Position numbers and translations under genes: made by a program. Below, piece by piece: positions 14,629 to 22,961 of a stretch of 29,166 bases of DNA. The notes under the pieces are model-generated. The model did not search any database. It saw only the letters and a program-made list of their open reading frames with translations, and was not told the DNA's origin. Source of the DNA: Ardenticatenia bacterium (GTDB lineage: Bacteria > Chloroflexota > Anaerolineae > Aggregatilineales > Aggregatilineaceae); the NCBI GenBank assembly GCA_026984385.1, contig JALSSH010000604.1:1-29166 (forward strand). Reading direction: 5' to 3'. Every line of letters begins with the position of its first letter. Position 1 is the first letter of the stretch.

Positions 14629-16440
14629 ATGAGCACAGTTGCTTTAGTCGGCTATTTTGTGGCGCTGGCATTGCCCGCGCTGACTATTTATCTTTTTGTG
14701 ACGTTGGACGTTTTTGGCACAGGCCGCCCCAGCACCGTCTTTTTGTGTGCGGGGTGGGGCGCGCTGGGCGCGTTTTTCCTCGCTTGGGGTTTTAACAGCG
14801 CTATCTCAGCGCGCGGCGTTTCTTATACACTGCTGACTTCGGCGGTCGCACCGGTAGGCGAGGAACTGCTCAAGGCGTTGGTACTCATCTACCTGATCCG
14901 CAGCCCCCGTTTTCGTTACATTGTGGACGGCGCGGTATACGGCATTGCCGTAGGGTTGGGCTTTGCGCTTTCGGAAAATCTGTTTATTTACTTGCCCCAA
15001 GCAGGAGACGCTGTGTTGGGGGTGGCGTTGAGCCGTGCGCTTTCCACTTCGCTTATGCACGCTACCGCCAGCGGTCTAGTGGGCATCTCACTGGGTCGCC
15101 TGCGGCGCACCGATAGCGCACGCCGCAAGATGTTCCCGCTGATCGGCATTGGCTTGGCGATCTTGCTACACGCCACTTATAACAACCTGGCCGCACACTT
15201 GGAGGGCGTGCCATTGTTGTTTGTGGCGATGGGGGTGGGCGTCGGTGGTGGCTTGGTGATCGCGTGGGAGATTGTGCAAGGGCTGACCGACGAAAAACGC
15301 CGCTTCACCGAAACGCTCAGCCACGACGTGGACGTTTCCGAAGGGGAACGCGAAGCCGTCCAACGTCTGGGAGATGTCGGCATTGAGCACGTTTTCCGTG
15401 AGCTACGCGATTATTTCGGCGACGAGAACATCGCCCTCATTCGTCGTTTGCTTTCCATTCAGGCCAATATCGGCATTTTGCGCAACAATTTACAAGGGCC
15501 AGCCAGCGAAAGGTTGCGCCGCGCCTGGGAAGAAGAGATCGAGGCTTATCAGGAGGAGATGGAGGAAGTGCGTCGCCAATTAGGGCGCTCGGTGTTGCTC
15601 TTCGTGCAGCGTGTCTTTCCCACCAACGATGAGGCCCTTCAAGAAGTGCTCAACGAGGAGCTGGCGCGTTTTGACCCCACCTTTGTCCACCGCTTTGATA
15701 TGTTCATGCGCATCTCCGGCCTGGCGGAAACTTTCACACCGGAGCAACTTACCGCGATGGCCGAACGGCTGAGCCAAATCGATATTTTCCGCGATGTGTC
15801 GTTGGCAAACTTGGAAAACCTAAGCCGTGCGATCAAGGTGCAAGAATTTGAGGACGGAGAGGTGCTTTTTAACGCGGGCGATGAGGGAAACGCGATGTAT
15901 TTGGTGGAAGAGGGGCAGATCGCCATTTACGTTCCCAGCGATGGCGACGAAAAGCTCTTGCGCACCTTCCAACCGGGGAGCGTGGTGGGCGAATTCTCGC
16001 TATTAGACGGGCGTCCGCGTTCGGCACGCGCCCAAGCTGTTGGGCACGTGCGCACGCTGATGTTGGAACGCCAGGTCTTCACCATGTTTATCCAAAGCCG
16101 CCCGTTGGTGGTTCTGGCAATGTTACGCTATCTGGCGGACAAGGTGCGCTACACCACAAAATCCGTCGAGGCGGCGGTCGAATGGATGACACGCATCAGT
16201 CGCGGCGAATATATGCCGATGGAAGTTGAAGCTCCCGCGCCGCAACCTCAACCCCCCGCGACGGAAGTTATCTTGGAGCCGGACACGCTCTCACCGGAAA
16301 CGCCGGAGCAGGTGAGCGGTGTATTTTCGGCGGTCGCTTCCCGACTTTACGAGCGAGAGCACGCCATGCGTCAACCATTGACGCCACCGACGGACAAGCA
16401 TCCTCAAGATGAGCACACAGAACGAGAGCGCAATGAGTGA
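14629..16440 (+). CDS. PrsW-family intramembrane metalloprotease fused to a cyclic-nucleotide-binding domain
   Basis: PrsW motifs APVGEELLK (EExxK), GFALSEN (FxxxEN), HATASG, LHATYN; C-terminal cNMP domain GDEGNAMYLVEEGQIAIY...GEFSLLDGRPRSA. Confidence 0.9.
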   Translation: MSTVALVGYFVALALPALTIYLFVTLDVFGTGRPSTVFLCAGWGALGAFFLAWGFNSAISARGVSYTLLTSAVAPVGEELLKALVLIYLIRSPRFRYIVDGAVYGIAVGLGFALSENLFIYLPQAGDAVLGVALSRALSTSLMHATASGLVGISLGRLRRTDSARRKMFPLIGIGLAILLHATYNNLAAHLEGVPLLFVAMGVGVGGGLVIAWEIVQGLTDEKRRFTETLSHDVDVSEGEREAVQRLGDVGIEHVFRELRDYFGDENIALIRRLLSIQANIGILRNNLQGPASERLRRAWEEEIEAYQEEMEEVRRQLGRSVLLFVQRVFPTNDEALQEVLNEELARFDPTFVHRFDMFMRISGLAETFTPEQLTAMAERLSQIDIFRDVSLANLENLSRAIKVQEFEDGEVLFNAGDEGNAMYLVEEGQIAIYVPSDGDEKLLRTFQPGSVVGEFSLLDGRPRSARAQAVGHVRTLMLERQVFTMFIQSRPLVVLAMLRYLADKVRYTTKSVEAAVEWMTRISRGEYMPMEVEAPAPQPQPPATEVILEPDTLSPETPEQVSGVFSAVASRLYEREHAMRQPLTPPTDKHPQDEHTERERNE

Positions 16441-17080
16441 CATCTCAACAACGGGTCTGGTGGCTATCGCCGAGCGCCTCGCCGATCATGCGCTTTTCAA
16501 AGGCGTGGAGCGGGCCGACCGCGAAGCACTGATCCACGTCATGGAACGACGGCATTTTCCCAAAGGAACGGTGCTCTTCCGCAAAGGCGACCCGGGCAGC
16601 TCGATGTATATCATCCTCAGCGGCAAGGTGCGCATCTACACCGAGGACGCTGAGGGTAACGAGTTCACTATACGTTACCTTTCGGAGATGTTCGGCGAGT
16701 TTTCGATGTTGGACGAACGCCCACGTTCGGCCTCTGTGGCGGCAGCGGAAGATTTGGATGTGCTGATCTTGCATCGCGACGACTTCACGCGCTATTTGCG
16801 CGAACACCCCATGGTTGGGCTGGCGATGATGCGCAACTTGGTGGAACGAGTGCGTTACACCACCACCTACCTCCAGCGCGTGATCGAGGCCACACGTCGG
16901 CTTGCCGAAGGAAATTTGGAGGTGGACATGCACAACGCGCCGGAGGCCGAAACGGATGGCGAAATTCGGAGCTTGATCCGGACTTTTGTGCAGATGGTGC
17001 GACAAGTGCAAACGCGCGAGATTGCTTTGCAGCAGGGCCTAAAAGCCGATCAGTCTTCTGGGGAGGCTTCCTCCGATTGA
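16433..17080 (+). CDS. Cyclic-nucleotide-binding domain protein with C-terminal HAMP-like segment
   Basis: LFRKGDPGSSMYIILSGKVRIY...GEFSMLDERPRSA, then VIEATRRLAEGNL...DGEIRSLIRTFVQM; start set at ATG 16433 overlapping the prsW stop (ATGAGTGA), 16409 also possible. Confidence 0.85.
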   Translation: MSDISTTGLVAIAERLADHALFKGVERADREALIHVMERRHFPKGTVLFRKGDPGSSMYIILSGKVRIYTEDAEGNEFTIRYLSEMFGEFSMLDERPRSASVAAAEDLDVLILHRDDFTRYLREHPMVGLAMMRNLVERVRYTTTYLQRVIEATRRLAEGNLEVDMHNAPEAETDGEIRSLIRTFVQMVRQVQTREIALQQGLKADQSSGEASSD

Positions 17081-18180
17081 GCGGAAGTGTTGTGTTCGGC
17101 GTCCGCCAACGTTTCGGCATTTTCCAGCTTGATAATCACCGCGCTGATGTTGTCTTCGCCGCCGCGCTGGTTCGCCAAGTCGATCAGTGCCTGAGCTGCT
17201 TCTGCGGGCGTGGTACTACATGTCGCAAATTGGGCGATCTCAAACGGTTTGACGTGGCGCGTTAGCCCGTCGCTGCAAAGCACCAGCCAATCCCCTTCGG
17301 CCAGCTCCCGACTGTATAGATCAGCTTCCACGTCTTCCACTTGCCCCAAAGCACGGTAAAGCACGTTGCGCATCGGGTGGACGGCGGCTTGCTCATGGGT
17401 GATGTGGCCGGAAGCAAGCAGCGCCTCAACAAAGCTGTGGTCGTCCGTCACCTGGTTGATCCAGCCGTTTTTCCCGTTGATCAAATAGGCGCGGCTGTCT
17501 CCCACGTGGGCAATGATCACGCGGGGGCTGCGCACAAAAGCCAGCGTGACCGTTGTACCCATGCCTTGATAAGCGGGATATTCCTCGGCGCGTTCGATGA
17601 TGGCGCGATTGGCGCGGCGAATGGTGGTGCGCAGTTTGTCCGCGATCTCGTCATCGGAAAGCGCGCGTAGCGTTTCGCTGCCGCGCACCGCCCCCAGGAA
17701 TTCAGCTTGGATCGCTTCTAACACCAAGCGGCTGGCTTCTTCACCTGCGGCGGCCCCGCCCATGCCGTCCGCAACTACGGCCAACACCACGCCTTCCCGT
17801 GCCCAAAGCCCGACGCGGTCTTCGTTGTTGCCACGCACGCGCCCCACGTTGGAAATAGCGCTCACGCGCGGGACGGGCTGTGTGGGGTCGAAATCTTCCG
17901 GCACAGAAAGCGACGCTCCACACCCGATGCAATAACGGGCTAGGGGTTGGTTGGGCGTGCTGCAACGCAAACAGATAATCGCGGCTTCTAATGAGGCGGA
18001 GGTGATGTTGAGAAAGCGTGCGGTTGCGTCTTGAGGGTGGGTGTTCTCTTCGAGAAGGCGGCGGTGTTTGTGCACACCGTGCGCGGCGGCTTTTGTTTCC
18101 AAACGGGCGCCGCATTGGAAGCAAAAAACCGCGCGTTGCAAATTTTCATGCCCGCACACCGAACATAGACGGGTTTTCAT
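17050..18180 (-). CDS. PP2C/Stp1-family Ser/Thr phosphatase with two N-terminal double zinc ribbons
   Basis: SNVGRVRGNNED, VADGMGG, AHVGDSRAY, DHS, LCSDGL, GGEDNIS; CSVC...CFQC and CLRC...CIGC; start set at ATG 18180. Confidence 0.92.
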   Translation of the reverse strand: MKTRLCSVCGHENLQRAVFCFQCGARLETKAAAHGVHKHRRLLEENTHPQDATARFLNITSASLEAAIICLRCSTPNQPLARYCIGCGASLSVPEDFDPTQPVPRVSAISNVGRVRGNNEDRVGLWAREGVVLAVVADGMGGAAAGEEASRLVLEAIQAEFLGAVRGSETLRALSDDEIADKLRTTIRRANRAIIERAEEYPAYQGMGTTVTLAFVRSPRVIIAHVGDSRAYLINGKNGWINQVTDDHSFVEALLASGHITHEQAAVHPMRNVLYRALGQVEDVEADLYSRELAEGDWLVLCSDGLTRHVKPFEIAQFATCSTTPAEAAQALIDLANQRGGEDNISAVIIKLENAETLADAEHNTSAQSEEASPED

Positions 18181-18218
18181 GGTCGCACCCTTTTGAATGG
18201 TCGGTTTCCCTAGCTTGA

Positions 18219-18246
18219 ATTTTACTGCCCAGCGGCAGCCGTGCAA
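18219..18246 (-). promoter_or_regulatory. Sigma70-type promoter candidate for the PP2C gene
   Basis: TTGCAC (18246-18241), 16-nt spacer, TAAAAT (18224-18219). Confidence 0.55.
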
Positions 18247-18269
18247 ATAGAGATAGGGTCGGGGTGGCG

Positions 18270-19532
18270 CTAGTTGGGTAGTTGTAATGTGAGCGGAAGC
18301 TCGATGTAAAATGTGCTGCCCGGCAACTCGGTTTCACTGCGTCCGGCGCTTTCTACCCAGATATGCCCTTGGTGCGCCTCCACAATCCCTTTGCAGATCG
18401 CCAACCCCAACCCCAGCCCGCCGCCGCGAAAGGCGGCTTTGCTGGTGGAGTGGAGCTGGGTGTCTCCTGTGACGTAAAAGCGGTCGAAGATGTACGGCTG
18501 ATCTTCCGGCGCGATGCCGATGCCGCTATCTTGAAAGACGATGCGCACAAAAGGTTCGTCAGCGTCCTCGACACGTTCCACATACAGCGAGATCGTGCCG
18601 CCGTCCGGCGTGTATTTGATGGCGTTGCTCAGCAAATTGCTAAAAGCCATTTCGAGCATCTGCTTATCCGCCACCAACGAGATTTTCCAGTCTTCCGGCG
18701 TCAGTTGCAATTGCAAGGCACGTTGGGTCAACACGGGAGTATAGTCCACGATCACCTGGCGAATGCTCTCTGCCAGATTGGTATAAGCCAGCCGCAAGTC
18801 TACTCTGCCGGAAGCGATGCGCGAGACGATAACGATCTCGTCCACCACTGCGTGCAAACGCTCGATGGCGGTCAGCAAGCCGGTGAGGGTGGCGTTGGCT
18901 TCTGTGTTCGTCGCCATCAACTGCTGGATGGCGGGCAGCGTTTGTACCAGGCGGCTGTAACCGTAAACGGTGGTCAACGGCGTGCGCAGCTCGTGCGCGG
19001 TGAGCTGGATAAAATCATCCTTCAGCCGGTCGAGCCGTTGCAGTTCGCGGTTGCGCGTTTCCAACTTGCGCACGGTTTCTTCTAAGCGCGTGATCAACTC
19101 TTGGTGATAGGCGCGACGGGCTTCGTCCAGGTCTTCGATGGGGGGCGCGGGGAGCTGTCCTGCCAGGCATTCTTCCACCGTGTGCACCAACATCTGCAAG
19201 TTGATCGGTTTGGTGATGTAGCCGTTGACACCGGCCACCAACGTTTTGCGCCGCTCGAAGTCGTGGATCTGGGCCGTCACGGCGATGATGGGCACATTGC
19301 ACAGCTCGCCATCGGCACGCAGTCGGTCGGTGATCTCGCGCCCGCTCATGTCCGGCAAATTGATATCGGTCAGGATCAAATCCGGATGATGTTGGCGCGC
19401 CATGTCCAATCCGTCCAGGCCGGTCGGGGCGATCAGAACGCGATAGCCGTTATGGGTGAGGATGCGATGAATGAGCGTTTGGCTATCGGGATCGTCTTCG
19501 ACATAAAGGATTGTGGCTTTGGGGCTGGTCAT
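18270..19532 (-). CDS. Soluble hybrid receiver-histidine kinase (REC-HisKA-HATPase)
   Basis: REC: YVEDD, LTDINLPDMSG, ITKP; H-box AHELRTPLT; N-box LSNAIKY; DSGIGI, IFDRFY, GLGLGLAI; no hydrophobic TM segment. Confidence 0.93.
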   Translation of the reverse strand: MTSPKATILYVEDDPDSQTLIHRILTHNGYRVLIAPTGLDGLDMARQHHPDLILTDINLPDMSGREITDRLRADGELCNVPIIAVTAQIHDFERRKTLVAGVNGYITKPINLQMLVHTVEECLAGQLPAPPIEDLDEARRAYHQELITRLEETVRKLETRNRELQRLDRLKDDFIQLTAHELRTPLTTVYGYSRLVQTLPAIQQLMATNTEANATLTGLLTAIERLHAVVDEIVIVSRIASGRVDLRLAYTNLAESIRQVIVDYTPVLTQRALQLQLTPEDWKISLVADKQMLEMAFSNLLSNAIKYTPDGGTISLYVERVEDADEPFVRIVFQDSGIGIAPEDQPYIFDRFYVTGDTQLHSTSKAAFRGGGLGLGLAICKGIVEAHQGHIWVESAGRSETELPGSTFYIELPLTLQLPN

Positions 19533-19566
19533 GGTGTTTTTCTCTGCCCTTAGGAATAGGCTCGGC

Positions 19567-22101
19567 TTAGCTGATCTCGGCGAGTTGGTCGGGGCCGTGT
19601 AGCTTTTGGGCCAACAGCGCGTGTTCGTCGTGCTGGAGCTGCGGGTCTTCCGCGTAGACGGTGCGCGCCTCGCGTTGGGCCAGCTCCACCAGCTTTGGGT
19701 TGATCTGTTCGGCTAGGCGGAAGCGGGTCATGCCGCTTTGTCGCACGCCGAGCAAATCACCCGGGCCGCGCAATTGCCAATCCAGCTCGGCCAAGCGAAA
19801 ACCGTCTGTGGTGGCCTCAATTGCGGCCAAACGTTTGGCAGCCTCTTCCGCGTTGCTGGTGTTGACCAGCAAGCAGAAGGATTTGTGCTCGCCACGCCCC
19901 ACACGCCCCCGAAACTGATGCAATTGTGCCAATCCGAAGCGCTCCGCGCTCTCGATTAAGATCACGTTGGCGTTGGGCACGTCCACGCCCACCTCGACCA
20001 CCGCCGTCGCCACCAAAATATCCAGCTCGCCCGCCGCAAAAGCGGCCATGACGGCTTCCTTGTCGCTCGGAGACATGCGCCCGTGCACCAACCCCACACG
20101 CAGATCGGGGAAAATCTCTTTTTGCAGCCGTTCATGCTGTTCGGTGGCCGAGCCGAGTTCTTGCAGCGCTTCGGAAGTTTCCACCAACGGGTAGATGATG
20201 AACGCTTGTCGCCCCCGTTCTACCTGCGCGCGGATAAACGTGTAGGCGCGCTCGCGTTCCAACGAGGTGAGCACGCGCGTCTCAACCGGCGTGCGACCGG
20301 GCGGCAGCTCGTCAATGACGCTCAAGTCCAAGTCCGCGTAAAGCGTCAACGCCAACGTGCGCGGGATCGGCGTGGCAGTCATCACCAGCACATGCGGATG
20401 AGTGCCCTTGCTGCGCAGCGCGGCGCGCTGTTCCACACCGAAGCGGTGTTGTTCGTCGATCACGGCCAGCGCCAAATCGTGGAATTGCACGCCTTCCTGG
20501 ATCAGCGCGTGCGTGCCGACGACCACCTGGACGCTACCATCGGCCAGTCCGGCGTAAATTTCCTCGCGTTCGACGGCGCTTGTGCGCCCGGTGAGCAAAC
20601 GCAGCGTGATCTGCTCACCTTCCGGCAGCCGTCCCAGCAGATCGGCCAGCGTGCGGGCGTGTTGTTCGGCCAGAATGCTGGTGGGGGCCATCAGCGCGGC
20701 CTGTTTGCCGTTGCGCACAGCCATTCCCAACGCCAACGCCGCCACCGCTGTTTTGCCCGAGCCGACGTCGCCTTGCAAAAGGCGGCTCATCGGCACGTCG
20801 CGCGCCAAGTCTGCGCGGATGTCTTCCAAAGCGCGCCGTTGGGCAGCGGTGAGCGTGTAGGGCAGGGCGGCCAACGCGCTCTCCAGCCACTCGTCGGTCA
20901 CCGATAGCGGTTGCCCGGGCACAGATTGCCATGCGCGCCGTTGAGCTTGCATCTCCATTTGGAAGAGGAAAAGCTCGTCAAAGGTGAGCCGCCGCCGCGC
21001 GTATTCCAGCGCCTCGAAGGAGTCCGGAAAGTGCACTTGTTGCAGCGCCCAACTCAAATCTGCCAGGTCTGCGCGTTCCAAGACGCTGAGCGGCAAGTGT
21101 TCGGGGATGCGCGTGGCCCATTGTGTGACCACTTGGCGCACCAAGCGGCGCATAGTGCGCGCGGAGATGCCGCGCGTCAACCCGTAGACGGGCACGATGC
21201 GCCCTACATGCAGATTTTCGCGCTCCAACATCTCCCATTCGGGGTTGGTCATGGTGGGCTGACCGCGAAAAAGCTCCACCTTGCCGCTCAAAACAACCAT
21301 ACTGCCCCGCTTGAACTGTTTTTGTAGCCAGGGCTGGCCGAAAAATGCGACGTTGAGCAGCCCTGTTCCGTCGTCCACCGTCACGAAAAGATACGCGCGC
21401 TTGCCCGTCGCCACCCTTTGCGCCACCGAGCGCACCGCCGCGATCACGGTGACCGTCTCGCCCGGGCGCAGCCGGTTGAGCGTGCGTAGCTTGCTATAGT
21501 CGTCGTAGCGGCGCGGGAAGTACAAGAGCATATCCGCCACTGTGCGAATGCCGAGCTTTTCCAAGCGTTGGGCCATCTTTTCGCCCACGCGCGGCAGCGT
21601 GGTGACCGGCGCTTGCAGCGCCGCGTAGCGCTCGGCGGCCTCTTGCGGCTCTAGCGCGGCGTAGCGTCGGCGTGGCGGGCGAAACGGCGCAGATGCCGCG
21701 ATGGTGGCCGTCGGTGTGGTTTTTCGCGGACTGGGGGGCGAGGCAGGCGTGCGTTTTTCCGACGTGAGCGGCGGTGTTGTTGATGGTGCGGCGGATTGTT
21801 CTTGTGCATAAGTGGAAGGGGGCAAGTCCGACGGCGCGGGGACGCGCCCCATGATGCGCCCCAGCATGTACTTCACCACCTCATGGCGTGCTTTGGGGGC
21901 GTCTTGTTCTCCGTATCGGCGCAAATAGCCCTCCAGCTCGTCTATCAGTTGATGATGTTCGGGACGTTTGGCTTGTTGGTGGGCGTCTTGCACCCAGTGC
22001 TCCACAAACGACTCCAACCCACCGATAACGGCGGTGTTTTTGTAGCCGGTTTCTTGTTCCAACTTCAGTATCTTGACCAGAGTTTCCAACGCCGAAGGCA
22101 T
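19567..22101 (-). CDS. recG: ATP-dependent DNA helicase RecG with N-terminal extension
   Basis: Wedge region LLYFPRRYDD, RRRLTFDELF, LQGDVGSGKT, DEQHRFG, TATPIPRTL, QFRGRVGRG, DWQLRGPGD. Confidence 0.97.
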   Translation of the reverse strand: MPSALETLVKILKLEQETGYKNTAVIGGLESFVEHWVQDAHQQAKRPEHHQLIDELEGYLRRYGEQDAPKARHEVVKYMLGRIMGRVPAPSDLPPSTYAQEQSAAPSTTPPLTSEKRTPASPPSPRKTTPTATIAASAPFRPPRRRYAALEPQEAAERYAALQAPVTTLPRVGEKMAQRLEKLGIRTVADMLLYFPRRYDDYSKLRTLNRLRPGETVTVIAAVRSVAQRVATGKRAYLFVTVDDGTGLLNVAFFGQPWLQKQFKRGSMVVLSGKVELFRGQPTMTNPEWEMLERENLHVGRIVPVYGLTRGISARTMRRLVRQVVTQWATRIPEHLPLSVLERADLADLSWALQQVHFPDSFEALEYARRRLTFDELFLFQMEMQAQRRAWQSVPGQPLSVTDEWLESALAALPYTLTAAQRRALEDIRADLARDVPMSRLLQGDVGSGKTAVAALALGMAVRNGKQAALMAPTSILAEQHARTLADLLGRLPEGEQITLRLLTGRTSAVEREEIYAGLADGSVQVVVGTHALIQEGVQFHDLALAVIDEQHRFGVEQRAALRSKGTHPHVLVMTATPIPRTLALTLYADLDLSVIDELPPGRTPVETRVLTSLERERAYTFIRAQVERGRQAFIIYPLVETSEALQELGSATEQHERLQKEIFPDLRVGLVHGRMSPSDKEAVMAAFAAGELDILVATAVVEVGVDVPNANVILIESAERFGLAQLHQFRGRVGRGEHKSFCLLVNTSNAEEAAKRLAAIEATTDGFRLAELDWQLRGPGDLLGVRQSGMTRFRLAEQINPKLVELAQREARTVYAEDPQLQHDEHALLAQKLHGPDQLAEIS

Positions 22102-22118
22102 AAGTTACTTTGTCCTGT

Positions 22119-22961
22119 TCACGATTTACGCACGACGGCCAACCCCAACCCCTTCGCGCCGACGTGCACGCCGATAACCGGCGTGACCTCGGCAGTGACG
22201 ATTTCGCGCTGAGGGTACAAGTCCGCCAGCGCCTCGCTTAGGCGTTGCGCACCTTCTGGGTTGCTGGTGTGTAAAAACGCCAGATGAGAAAATGGGGCGG
22301 CTGCGCGCGTTAATTGAATCAATGTATCAAAGGCGCGGTGCGTAGTGCGCACACGCGAAGCGGAGTGTACCTCACTATCGTGCAGGTGGATAATGGGCTT
22401 GATCTTGAAAAAATCGCCGAGCCAGGCCGCCGCCCAACTCACCCGCCCGCTGCTCCGCAGCGATTGGATCGAATCTAGCGCGGCCCAAATGTGCGTGCGC
22501 GGTTGCATAGCGCGCACCGCCGCGACGATCGCCTCCAACTCGGCGCCCGCCTCGGCCATTTCCGCCGCTGTGAGCACCTGCCAGCCCAGCCCCATGCTAA
22601 GCTGCGTGCTATCAATCAGCGTGACACGGTGCGGCGCTAACGTTTTAGCGGCCAGGTGAAAAGTGTTGTAGATGCTGCTGAGCTTGGCCGGTGCGGTGAT
22701 GGCGAGCACGTGTTCGGCTTCGTCCAGCGCGCGCGCCATCATCGCTTGCGTTTGGCCGAGCGGCGGCGCAGACGTGGTCGGGTAAATAGGTGTGTTTATG
22801 AGGCGGCGGTAAAAATCCTTGCGGGTCAATTGCACGCCGTCGTCGGCCAAGCTTTCTTGCCCGAACTGAACATAGGTGGGCACAACGCGGATGTCGTAGC
22901 GCTCGACCCAGGCGCTCGGCAAATCGCACGTGCTATCCGTCATAATCAGCAAGCGACGCAT
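22119..22961 (-). CDS. DegV family fatty-acid-binding protein (FakB-like)
   Basis: IMTDSTCDLP, TTSAP, IDSTQLSMGLG, SGRVS, KIKPII, TPVIGVHVG. Confidence 0.93.
   Translation of the reverse strand: MRRLLIMTDSTCDLPSAWVERYDIRVVPTYVQFGQESLADDGVQLTRKDFYRRLINTPIYPTTSAPPLGQTQAMMARALDEAEHVLAITAPAKLSSIYNTFHLAAKTLAPHRVTLIDSTQLSMGLGWQVLTAAEMAEAGAELEAIVAAVRAMQPRTHIWAALDSIQSLRSSGRVSWAAAWLGDFFKIKPIIHLHDSEVHSASRVRTTHRAFDTLIQLTRAAAPFSHLAFLHTSNPEGAQRLSEALADLYPQREIVTAEVTPVIGVHVGAKGLGLAVVRKS

Noticed and set aside
14601-14795. 64-aa ORF overlapping the prsW start
   Set aside because: Out-of-frame overlap with a strongly supported gene; no independent evidence
18181-18246. Upstream start (MHGCRW...) for the PP2C gene
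   Set aside because: The TTG used is the -35 box of a plausible promoter; ATG 18180 directly precedes the first zinc ribbon
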